Source: Octopus sinensis (Eukaryota). From it: a stretch of DNA of 26,238 bases. Position 1 is the first letter of the stretch. Each line of letters begins with the position of its first letter. The stretch spans positions 1-26,238 of the forward strand of contig NW_021835600.1 of assembly GCF_006345805.1 (NCBI RefSeq). Direction: 5' to 3'. The translations under genes were made by a program, and so were the position numbers. This document shows, one piece after another, positions 1 to 10,049 of this stretch. The notes under the pieces were generated by a model that was not told the DNA's origin, ran no database searches, and saw only the letters and a list, made by a program, of their open reading frames with translations.

Positions 1-85
1 CAAGCAGGTGTATTAGTTTGACGCTTCGGGATAGTGAGAAAGTCTTTTACGTTTCGAGCCTAAGCTCTTCAACAGAAAAGAATAA
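1..85 (-). mobile_element. Penelope-like terminal-repeat fragment with a hammerhead-like motif
   Basis: Minus strand 79-44 reads TTTT-CTGTTGA-A-GAGC-TTAG-GCTC-GAAAC-GT-A-AAAG, the CTGANGA...hairpin...GAAAC arrangement typical of Penelope-like element ends. No ORF is visible. Confidence 0.45.
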
Positions 86-182
86 GAGAAAAGAAACAGA
101 GGGAATAAAAAAAAAACCTGTTGATTTAGCGATTGGGTATGGTGGCATATATATATATGTACATATATATATATATGAATGT

Positions 183-397
183 ATCAACCAGACACTTGAT
201 AATGTTATATAACACTGGTCACAATGCGCTTTCCCGCATTCCTATAGCTTGCGAATGATGCCACTCTGCTTGCTAGGCGCGGACAGATTAACGTTCTCGA
301 TTTTTTCATAAACAAAACGCTCCGTCAGTCTGGTGAGCGAAATCAAGATCTTGCGTACGTGGATGCAAAACCCTAACCGCTAGGCTACGTGAGTTCC
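183..397 (-). mobile_element. Diverged tRNA-derived SINE (family C)
   Basis: Matches the 6413-6710 copy (ctggtcacaatgcg, gaatgaYgccac). A degenerate tRNA-like head lies at about 330-397. Confidence 0.6.
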
Positions 398-466
398 TAC
401 ACAGACACACACACACACACACAAATATATATATGTATACATACATATATATTATGTATGTGTGAA

Positions 467-809
467 GGCGCATGGCTCAGTGGTTAGAGCGTCGAGCTTA
501 CGATCGTGAGGTTGTGAGCTCGAATCCCGGACCGGGCTGCGTGTTGTGTTCTTGAGCAAGACACTTTATTTCACGTTGCTCCAGTTCACTCAGCTGTAGA
601 AATGAGTTGCGACGTCACAGGTGCCAAGCTGTATCGACCTTTGTCTTTCCCTTGGATAACACTGGTGGCGTGGAGAGGGGAGGCCGGTATGCATGGGCGA
701 CTACTGGTCTTCCATAAAACAACCTTGCCCAGACTTGTGCTTCAGAGGGTAACTCTCTAGGTGCAAACCCATGGTCACTCATGACCGAAGGGGGTCTTTA
801 CCTTTTTTA
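467..809 (+). mobile_element. tRNA-derived SINE with CORE/Meta-like central domain (family D)
   Basis: A-box TGGCTCAGTGG and B-box GCTCGAATCCC, followed by ttgagcaagacactt...cagctgtagaaatgag, which resembles the CORE consensus from memory. A simple-repeat tail follows. Confidence 0.8.
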
Positions 810-813
810 TGTA

Positions 814-857
<44 letters not shown>

Positions 858-1050
858 ATGTGTCTATTATATATATACCTATGTGTTCATATATACATAT
901 ATATATATATATATATCCGTATGTATACATATATATATATAAACATACATATATACATATATATATACATATATATATGTGTATATATATACACATATAT
1001 ACATATACGTCCCTAAGTGTTTGTGTGTGTGTGTGTGCATGTGTATGGGT
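810..1050. repeat. (TA)n/(TG)n compound microsatellite
   Basis: Read directly from the sequence. Confidence 0.95.
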
Positions 1051-1149
1051 GTGCGGGCACGTATATAACTGTTCGTACTTACATGTTTGCGCATAAGATT
1101 AGGCCGTATTATTAAAACCTGGTGATGTTTTAGTATCACGTTCATTGTT

Positions 1150-1290
1150 AAACCTAGCGCTTTGACAATTAGAAAACGATAAAAGCGGTACCGGCCAGTA
1201 ATAAGTAGTCCAATCAATTAAAAAATTCCCAGAAAGCCGTTCTCAAGATGGCGGCCATCAAATGACGGAAATCAGCAAAAGAATATGAAC
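1150..1290 (+). mobile_element. Highly diverged 3' half of a family-A-type SINE
   Basis: aagccgttctcaagatggcggccatcaaatgacggaaatcagcaaaagaa aligns loosely with the tail at 14638-14685. Confidence 0.4.
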
Positions 1291-1711
1291 GCGTGTATAT
1301 ATATATATATGTGTATATATATGAATGTGAGTGTATGCGTGTATTAATGGATGTGTGTGCGTTCGCATGTATGTTTGCTTGTGAGTGTGTGTTTATGTGA
1401 ATGTGTGTGTATAATCCCCTACTTTAACAGCTGTGTTAAACTCAAGTACAAACTAAACTCTTTGAACATACTTCACTAAATGTTAAGTTTAATATTACAA
1501 ATAAATGAGATTTTCATCCTTTTGGTTGAGATCTAGATACCCCTCTCTCACATTCTGGCATTCTGTCTCTGTCTTCTTTCTCCTTCCTTTCTCTTACTCT
1601 TTCTCTCCATTTCCCTGGCTCTCTCTCTCTCTCTCTAAGCTCTAATTCCCTCTTTCTCTCTTTCCTTACGCACATACACTCACACACAAACATGTTTATG
1701 TGTATACTCAT

Positions 1712-2127
1712 TACTCTTTTACTCTTTTACTTGTTTCAGTCATTTGACTGCGGCCATGCTGGATCACCGCCTGTATTCGAGCAAATCGAACCCAGGACTT
1801 ATTCTTTGGAAGCCTAGTACTTATTCTATCGGTCCCCTTTGCTGAACCGCAAAGTTACGGGGACATAAACATACCAGCATCGGTTGTCAAGTGATGTTGG
1901 TGGGACAAACACTGACACAGAAACACACACACACACATATATATATATATAAATATATATGCATACATACGACCAGCTTCTTTCAGTTTCCGTCTACCAA
2001 ATCCACTCACAAGGCTCTGGTCGGCCCGAGGCTATAGAAGAAGAACTTGCCCAAGGTGCCACGCAGTGGGACTGAACCCGCAACCATGTGGTTGGTAAGC
2101 AAGCTACCTACCACACAGCCACTCCTG
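1712..2127 (-). mobile_element. tRNA-derived SINE family A, near full length, with internal (CA)(TA) tract
   Basis: Reverse complement of the 14286-14685 copy. Head caggagtggctgtgtgg; tail ending (gtaaaaga)n. Confidence 0.9.
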
Positions 2128-2148
2128 TGGCTATGTATGTGTATGATC

Positions 2149-2303
2149 GTGGGTGTGTGGTAAGAAGCTTGCTTCGCAGCAGCTTAGTTCCAGGTTCAGT
2201 CACACTGCGTGGAATCTTGGGTAAGTGTCTTCTATTATAGTCTCGGACCGACCAAACCCTTCCTAGTGGATTTGGTAGACGAATATGAAGGAAGCCCGTC
2301 GTA
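2149..2303 (+). mobile_element. SINE family A, 5' half
   Basis: gtgtgtggtaagaagcttgc...ggatttggtagacg...aagcccgtcgta matches the head of the other copies. Confidence 0.8.
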
Positions 2304-2979
2304 TGTGTGTGTGTGTGGATGTACATGTTTGTATGCGTCTATATGTTTGTGTCTTTGTGTGTGTGTTTATTGATCCAGATGTATGTATGTATGTATTATG
2401 TCATTATTCAGTTATATTCAGTTATATTTCAAGATTTCTTTACAATAGAGAAAGAGCCGGTTTCTAACCTAAATCCAAGGCTCCTTTATTAGAATTTATT
2501 AGAACATCAATAGGGTATTTTTGTAAGTATGTTTGTGTAGATATGAATGATTTTGTTTTATGTATGCATTCTCATACATATATTTGCAAATCTAGACATG
2601 CTCGTATATATTTAAGTGATAAACGTCTGGAAGGTTTTACAGATTTTTACAGTTCCAGTGAGGGATTAGATCTATAGTTTTCGCATCAGCTTTCTCCCTT
2701 CTGATTTTTAGAAGCCTAATTTCTCAAGATTGGTATGTATCTCTATGGATATAGATATATCAAAATAAGTAAATATACAGACACACAAGTTATGTCCGTT
2801 TATAATATACACAAGTCTGGGCCGGTGTTATACACTTCGCAAACCAACTGACTTCCGAAAGCTGTAAAATCTCCGTTTGTCATGTAAAGTGTGAACGACT
2901 AAAAATTTCTTTAGTCAAGTAAAAGCCATGAAAACAAACTGAGAAAGAAAGCAAGTGGTGTCGGTTTCGAAACAAAGGT

Positions 2980-3500
2980 GGATAGAGCTGAGAAAATGGA
3001 TGCAAATTGGTTGGCTCAGAAATAGGGCTCACGTTGTAAAGTTGTGAGAAAGCACAAGCGTTGTAGGACTGAGAGAAGGGGATATTTATTGTAACACTCA
3101 GAAGGGGCACATACTGTAGGGCTAAGACAAGAGGACGTAAACTGTCATGCCGAAAGGGAGCGTAATATCAAGCTGTGAGAAGGGTAGCATGTTGTAGGGT
3201 TAGAACAAGGTTATATAAATTGTCAGGCAGATAGGAGCACAATGTAGGTCTGAGAAAAAGGGACGTGTAATATGAGGGTGTGATAAGGGCTGCAAAATGT
3301 AGGGCTAAGACAAAAGGATGCAAACTGTCACACCGATAGGGGGAACAATGTAGGTGTGAGAAAAAAGGGACGTATAATATAAGGCTGTGACAAAGGGAGC
3401 ATAATGTAGGGCTATGACAAGAGGATGTAAATTGTAATGCTGAAAGGGAACACATTGTAGAGCTGAGAAAAGGGAGTGCTTACTTTAGGGCTGATCTAGG
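2980..3500. repeat. Minisatellite of 24-29-bp monomers organised as a ~106-bp four-monomer higher-order repeat
   Basis: Monomer tgtagggctaagacaagaggatgtaaa recurs near 3115, 3193, 3298 and 3405, with three other related monomer types cycling between the copies. Confidence 0.8.
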
Positions 3501-3605
3501 TTACTGAATAAATTTGTGCCGGCCCTACATACATACCGTCAGTGAATTCTCCGTCGGGTTGGGGGATGTTAATGCCAAATGTTCCAACAACTCAATTATT
3601 TTTAA

Positions 3606-4031
3606 TCTTTTACTTATTTCATTCATTACACCGTGGCCATGCTGGGGCACATCTTGAAGAAATTTTCAATTAACCGAATCGACAAGAGCATTTAATATTT
3701 TTCAAACCTGGTACCTATTCTATCGGATTCTTATGGGGACGTGAACACACCAATCCCGGTTGTCAAACGGTTGTGGGGAACAAACACGCACGCACACACA
3801 CGCACACACACGCACACACACACGCACACACACACACACACACATACACACACATACACACAACAGGCTTCTTTCTGTTTTCGTCTACCAAATCTACTCA
3901 TGAGTCTTTGGTCGCCCGAAGCAACAGTAGGCCAGGGTGCCAGGCTACACTTGGTCGAGGTGCCGGGCAGTGGGACTGAACCCAGAAACATGTGGTGTGG
4001 AACCAAACTTCGTACCACACGGCCACTCCGC
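3606..4031 (-). mobile_element. SINE family A variant
   Basis: Head accacacggccactcc on the plus strand, ccgtggccatgctggggcac tail, internal (CA)n. Confidence 0.85.
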
Positions 4032-4295
4032 GTAATTACTTACGCATTAAGGTATAATCTAAGCGGCTGAATATTCCATAGACACGTGTAAGCTTAATGC
4101 AAATTTTCAGACAGACTTAGCATTACGTGGTCCACAACAACGCTGACCCTTTCAGTTATAAATACGAGTCCGTACATCATGCTTTCCAACCGTTTTGTTC
4201 TCCTTATTTTCCATCGCGAAGCTTTGATCGACACGAGGCCACTCCTTTCTATGTACTTTTATAGATTGCGTCCCCAAAATCCATCCCTTCCTCAC

Positions 4296-4661
4296 CGTGG
4301 TGGGGACGCTGGCAACGGGTAGTGTCAGAGCTATGCCGTCGGCAACTTCGGTTCCTGGTAGGGCCACCGAAGGCGGATTGGTCTGACATCGAGTGGTAGT
4401 AGGGCCACAACCCGGCAGAGTGGGCTCTGGTGAAAATCCTCGGAGTGTCTGTTTCGGCAACCGGCGGCTCCTCGGTCGTTCTGTCCCTGCGTCTGTGCGT
4501 CTGCGGACAATCTGCGGCAAACAGGATGTCTCCACATGTGGGATTGTTGGGGACCGCTTGTCAAATCCACATATTCCCACGAAGCTTCTCCAACCGCCAT
4601 GGTTCGAGATGCCTTGAGGGTGGTGGAAGAAGCCGACCCAACCCGCCCAGGGTGAATGTCG
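4296..4661 (-). CDS. Candidate internal coding exon of an unidentified gene (122 codons, phase 0-0)
   Basis: GC-rich, non-repetitive island. On the minus strand, acceptor tacttgtAG is at 4663-4662 and donor GTgagg at 4295. The 366 nt are open in one frame (RHSPWAGWVGFF...VASVPTT). No family recognised. Strand is ambiguous (see findings). Confidence 0.3.
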
Positions 4662-5162
4662 CTACAAGTACAAGTAAGTACTTTTATAGTTTTATAAACA
4701 GTTGAATATACTCCACACGCCCATGCACATATACACACACACACAAAAAACATACTTACATACATACACTCGTATATATATATATATGCAGTATATATTA
4801 CCAAAAATTGTGGTTTATAAACGCATACACATATATGTATGTACATATGAATGTGTGTGCCCGTATATATACGTATGCAAGAATATATGTTTGTACTTGC
4901 GTATGTGTGTTTGTGTGTGTGTGTGTGTGTATGTGTGTGCGTGCGTGTTTGTGAGTATGAGTGTGTATTTGTGTGTAGGATGTATGTATGGTATGTTACA
5001 AAAACATTTTTCAAATTATGCGTACAAAGTTGATTACTTGTTTGTGTGTACACACCCACAAACACACACACACATACCCACACACATATGTAATATATAT
5101 GTATCTATGTACATGCATATATATATTGACAGATAGAGGTATATGAATACATATATACATAT

Positions 5163-5193
<31 letters not shown>

Positions 5194-5224
5194 GTATGCA
5201 TATGTATGTATATATATTTATATG

Positions 5225-5256
<32 letters not shown>

Positions 5257-5677
5257 TGTGTGTAGGTATGTATGTATATGGGAGGTATACATGCATTTTT
5301 AATGGGTGTAGTAGTTTGCGCTTGAGTTAGGTAGGAGGATCAGTTCTATAGCTATTGATCTCGGGTTTCCGCTGTAGATTCCTATAATAATCCCGTACCG
5401 TCTTAGATTCATTAAATTTTAATTAGACAAAGACATAAAATGTAAATTTTAGCAACACCACTTAAACTTTGACATTCCTTTAATATATGTGTGCGTTTAA
5501 TTTTATTCGTTGAAAATTGCAAATTGGAATTTGCTAGAAACATAAGTTTTCTGCCAGACCTCACAGTTTTTTATTGTTTGCCGTTACTCTCGTTAGGAAT
5601 GTGTCATTTCTCATTACAAGTATACAACGGTTCAAATTCCACTTTCGGCCCAGTCGAATGATGGAAATAAGTAAAAA

Positions 5678-5899
5678 GGCGGCGAGCTGGCAGAATCGTT
5701 AGCACGCCGGGCGAAATGCTGAGCGGTATTTTGCCTGCCGCTACGTTCTGAGTTCAAATTCCGCCGAGGTCGACTTTGCCTTTCATTCTTTCGAGGTCGA
5801 TTAAATAAGTACCAGTTACGCACTGGAGTCGATATAATCGACTTAATCTGTTTGTCTGTCCTCTCTGTGTTTAGGCCCTTGTGGGTAGTAAAGAAATAG
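5678..5899 (+). mobile_element. tRNA-derived SINE family B
   Basis: Head ggcggcgagctggcagaatcgttagc with B-box gttcaaattcc. The central gcctttcaTYctttcgaggtcgat block resembles Nin/Deu-type domains from memory. Confidence 0.85.
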
Positions 5900-6090
5900 G
5901 TATTTCGTCTGCCGCTACTTTCTGAGTTCAAATTCCGCCGATGTCGACTTTGCCTTTCATCCTTTCGAGGTCGATTAAATAAGTACCAGTTACGCTCTGG
6001 GGTCGATGTAATCGACTTAATCCCTTTGTCTGTCTTTGTTTGTCCCCTCAGTGTTTAGCCCCTTGTGGGCAATAAAGAAATAAGAAAATA
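5900..6090 (+). mobile_element. Second, headless SINE B unit in direct tandem
   Basis: Near-identical repeat of 5726-5899, ending in an A-rich tail. Confidence 0.85.
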
Positions 6091-6378
6091 AATAAAACAT
6101 AAAAAGATCTAATCCCATTGTATTCTTCGAAAATCATGTCTTGGCAAAGTCTGAATTTACAGAGATTACTGATTCCTGTTTCTTGATATGTATCGTCTCC
6201 TAATAATACTTTTCGGTTTGTCTTCTTCTCTTCTTTTCTTTTTTTTCATATTTAATAGCTTGCATTTGTTCTATCCGTCTCGTTTAATGAACCGCTAACG
6301 TTACGGGGATGTGAGTGAACCATCACCGATTGTCAAACGACACATAGATGCATGTGTGTGTGTATATATAAATATAAG

Positions 6379-6412
<34 letters not shown>

Positions 6413-6421
<9 letters not shown>

Positions 6422-6708
6422 ATCACGTGACTGACCAGACCATCAGATGTTGTTACACATCGCTGGTCACAATGCGTTCGCATTGTTTTAGCCTTTGAAT
6501 GACGCCACCCCGCTGGCTAAGCGAGCAGGCTAACAGAGGAAAGAGTGGGAGAAACAGTGGTGAAAGAGTACAGCAGGGATCACCACCCCCTGCCGGAGCC
6601 TCGTGGAGCTTTTAGGTGTTTTCGCTCAATAAACACACACAACGCCCGGTCTGGGAATCGAAACCGCGATCCTCCGACCGCTACTCTAACCACTGGGCCA
6701 TTGCGCCT

Positions 6709-6710
<2 letters not shown>
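6413..6710 (-). mobile_element. tRNA-derived SINE family C
   Basis: Minus strand ggaggcgcaatggcccagtggttagag...gtttcgattccc carries A and B boxes. The 3' end is tcacgtgatcacgtgata. Confidence 0.85.
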
Positions 6711-6781
<71 letters not shown>

Positions 6782-7360
6782 GGATGACTAAATTGCAACA
6801 GATATATAGCCCATCGTTTGTATTATAGTGCATTGTTGTACAATTCAAAAGTTTTTATTCTTTATATATATATTCGCATATGTGGGTACAGGACGATACC
6901 AACAGTAAACAATATGAGAGAAAAAAATGGAAAACAAGATAAGTAACTCAAACAATGACCCTTCATTAGTTATCGGTATTCTGTCAACTCCTCATCTCGA
7001 GCATTGAACAATATGAGTCTTCGAAGACAGTTGCTCCCATAAATACCAGAATTTGGGATTTATAGAGAGTATAAGTTGAGAACAAAAAACAGGACAGTGG
7101 AGACATACATGGAAACCGAACGAAAACAAATATGGAAAAATATTGTCTTTGAAAAGAGAAAAGATAGAAGAGAGAGATAGAAGGCGTGCAGTCCTAAGGA
7201 CGTTCTGGAGGGAAAGAAAGATGGACGGTGGTCACGTGTGAGCAACGGGAGAGAGAAAAAGAGAAAGAGGGGAGGAGGGGAGAGGGACGCAGATACAAAA
7301 CGGTGAAGGGAAGAAAAAGGGAATTAGTTATATATACACAGATACACATACACACATATG

Positions 7361-7394
<34 letters not shown>

Positions 7395-7454
7395 CGTGAA
7401 TGTATGTACATATATATATATATATATAGATATATATATATATATATATATATA

Positions 7455-7592
7455 ACGAGCTTCCGCGGTGTTTCTACTTACAAGGCATTAGTCAACTCAG
7501 GCCTATAGAGGGAGATACTTGTCTAAGATGCTCCAGAATGATATTGAACCGGAAACCACATGGTTGCATAGCAAGCCTCTTAACCACACAGC
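7455..7592 (-). mobile_element. Diverged SINE family A head
   Basis: gaaccggaaaccacatggttgcatagcaagcctcttaaccacacagc matches the family-A head. Confidence 0.65.
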
Positions 7593-7689
7593 AACGATTA
7601 GTTTTCATAGCAACTTCTCAATCTCGTTTTATTCTCTTAATCAAAATCCCTTCCCTTTACCTCTTGATCTATTTTGTGCAATCTTCATT

Positions 7690-7975
7690 TGAGTTTATTG
7701 TCTAATTATTTAGACAACACTAATAAAAGTCTTCCCACGTCCGACATCATTGACCCCCATATGAATATCATATTTCTCCTTTTGACGGTCGCCATTTTAG
7801 CCTCACAGCTCTTATTACCAGATCCAACTAATTCTTTCATTCTGTTGGTCATTTCTTTCATCACCCCTATCTGCTTAGTAAGACTTATTGGTCATCTATT
7901 TTGGCCTGGCTATTCGTGCTTCGGTCTGTTTTCTTTGTCTATCCTAATACTCTTTCACTCACTTCCCCGTCACTA
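7690..7975 (-). mobile_element. Possible ancient LINE reverse-transcriptase fragment
   Basis: Minus frame reads ...PGQNR*PISLTKQIGVMKEMTNRMKELV...EAKMATVKRR, resembling the YRPISLT...ERMVNxRL...QxGFRxxR segment of LINE RTs. It contains stop codons. Confidence 0.3.
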
Positions 7976-8254
7976 GTTAAATATGCGTCAATCACAAGTA
8001 CCTACACGCGCAAGAACACGGACACACGCAAACACACAAACACGGGACAATTGGAGAAAGTCTACGTGGATGTTGACTTGCTAGAAATAGCGGCCAAATG
8101 TCCATAAAAATCATACATTACTGTCTGAAATATAGAAAGTAACTTCGGACAATCAAAGTCCCTGTCCGAGATGGCCTCGGGTGGAAAGCCATGAATTATA
8201 GTGCTGTTCGATCAGGATTGATCTAGAGTCAGACGACGAAACTAATATATCCAA

Positions 8255-8295
<41 letters not shown>

Positions 8296-8390
8296 ATAAC
8301 ATTGAATGAAATAATCTACATTTTGGTAAGAAACGAAATAATTTTACTCAAAGGTGACTATACTGTGAAGCTAAGAAAAATTGAACTGTA

Positions 8391-8395
8391 ATGTT

Positions 8396-8432
<37 letters not shown>

Positions 8433-8519
8433 CAGCAACAGCAGCAGTAGTAGGAGGAGGAGGATTAGCAGCAGTAGTAGGAGGAGGAGGATTAGCAGCA
8501 GTAGCAGCAGCAGCAGCAA

Positions 8520-8562
<43 letters not shown>

Positions 8563-8662
8563 TGTTGTTGTTGTTGTTGTTGTAGTAGCAGCAGCAATAG
8601 CAGTAGTAGTAGTAGCAGCAGCAGTAGTAGTAGTAGAAGTAGAAGCAGCAGCAGCAGCAGCT

Positions 8663-8693
<31 letters not shown>

Positions 8694-8700
8694 GTGTTAT
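8391..8700. repeat. Compound trinucleotide array (GTA/GCA/GGA/GTT)
   Basis: Read directly. Includes a duplicated 27-bp unit gcagcagtagtaggaggaggaggatta. Confidence 0.95.
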
Positions 8701-9003
8701 TGCTGTTGTTCTTGTTACATCGGAACCGGCTCTGATGGAGTGTCTATGATCAAAATTATTACAGGCTGGGACCACCCCATCACCTAATGACCCACCTTTT
8801 GCCACATTTACTAATAACTCCTATCTTTATTTAAGACAGAGCAGGAAAGGAGAAAAACTTAAGGAGTTATCCGGCGGCTTTTCCTAGAAAATCGAATGAC
8901 CACTTAGTATGGGGTTTCGCATCTTGGCATATTCTCCCGCACAAGTGTCGAGTGCGAGATAAAATTGTAACAGTGCACACTAATGAATTAAATTATATGC
9001 ATT

Positions 9004-9382
9004 ATTACCTCTGCTCTAGCGAAAGCGGAGATATTGTTTTCAGTCGCATTTGTTTGTTTGTTTGTTTGTTTGTCCGTGGACAAGATATCTCAAGAACCGG
9101 TGAATGGATTCGGATGAAACTTTCAGTTATGTTTGGCCTCGTGACTGGCTTGAACTGATAAGATTTTGTGACGATCTGGTACCGGACAAGGAATCTGGAT
9201 TATTTTCCTGTTTTTTTTCACTTAACTTTTGAGAGCGGTCGGGTTCATATTTAGTATTCTCGTTTATGAGAGCAGTCGAGTTACTCTCAGATATTCTCCT
9301 TTCAACAATCATCTCTGGCTAATCGTTGAGAGGACGTTGGGTTTGCCTTGGCGGAGGTTTGTATTCTCTGAGGGGTCTTGTT
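9004..9382 (+). mobile_element. Non-autonomous Helentron-associated (HINE/DINE-1-like) element
   Basis: 5' ttacctctgc followed by a short palindrome (ctctagcgaaagcggag), an internal (TTTG)n tract, the 3' sub-terminal inverted repeat gccttggcggaggt (9345-9358), and an end in cttgtt. Confidence 0.7.
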
Positions 9383-9504
9383 AAAATTTACTTTTTAAGA
9401 GAAAGTAGAAAGATAAATTTTATTCAACGCGTAGATTCTGAACAGGATATGTTTAAAGAATAAAATCCTCTTTGTTTTTAAAGCAGAAAAATTTGTCGTC
9501 AGCC

Positions 9505-9578
9505 AGGCAGCCATGAGAATCGAACTCACATCCATCCAAAATCCGGTTGGAATACTTTACTATATAAGTTAAACCGCC
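9505..9578 (-). pseudogene. tRNA-like cloverleaf (tRNA pseudogene or orphan SINE head)
   Basis: GGCGGTT TA ACTT ATATAGTA AAGT AT TCCAA CCGGATT TTGGA TGGAT GTGAG TTCGATT CTCAT GGCTGCC T: all four stems pair and the B-box is intact. The D-loop GG and U33 are missing. Confidence 0.55.
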
Positions 9579-9703
9579 TGACTGTCAAACCTGTCTGTAA
9601 TTTAAGAAGTTATAGAATCATCCAGGACCGCTAGATGTCGTATAGGTTACGTCGAATGTAAACAACGCTTCTGCCATCTCACCGCCTTTATTCATTTAAA
9701 TAT

Positions 9704-10031
9704 CCTTTCTATTATAAACACAAGACCTGAAATTTGCAGGGAGGTGCTAAGTCTATTACATCGACCCCAGTGCGTAACTGGTACTTATTTAGTCGACCTC
9801 GAAAGGATACAATAATTCTTTCTACTATAGGCACAAAGCCTGAAACGTTTTGGAGAAGAAGGCAAGTAGATTACATCAACCCCAGTGCGGAACTGGTACT
9901 TATTTCATCAACTCCGAAAGGATAAAAGGCAAAGTAGGCTTCAGTGGAATTTGAACTCAGAACATGAAGACGGACGAAAAACCGCTTAGCATTTCGCCCG
10001 GCATGCAAATCCTTCTGCTAGTTCGCCACCT
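9704..10031 (-). mobile_element. SINE family B variant plus a tandem second 3' unit
   Basis: Head aaggtggcgaactagcagaa at 10031. The block catcRaccccagtgcgNaactggtactta occurs twice (about 9759 and 9873). Confidence 0.8.
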
Positions 10032-10049
10032 TTATTCACTTAAATATCA

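Noticed and set aside
467-540. Functional tRNA gene
   Set aside because: The acceptor and anticodon stems are poorly paired and the sequence continues into a SINE body.
771-1217. YI/CV/HT-rich ORFs here and throughout the track (for example 13318-13816, 16391-16938, 21150-23269)
   Set aside because: They are translations of (TA)n, (TG)n and (CA)n microsatellites.
2980-3500. CRISPR-like array or C2H2 zinc-finger repeat
   Set aside because: There are no unique spacers, the context is eukaryotic, and there is no 84-nt periodicity or open CxxC...HxxxH frame.
4560-4661. Resemblance of HHPQGI and NHGGWRSF to DGAT2 HPHG or Bcl-2 BH2 motifs
   Set aside because: Short matches that lack the neighbouring conserved residues are likely chance, so no gene name was assigned.
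7674-7976. 100-aa hydrophobic ORF that looks like a signal peptide or membrane protein
   Set aside because: Better explained as the in-register antisense of a purine-rich degenerate RT-like fragment. No family is recognised.
8358-8805. Poly-Thr, poly-Val and poly-Leu ORFs (mucin-like)
   Set aside because: Trinucleotide arrays are open in several frames on both strands, and there is no convincing splice or domain context.
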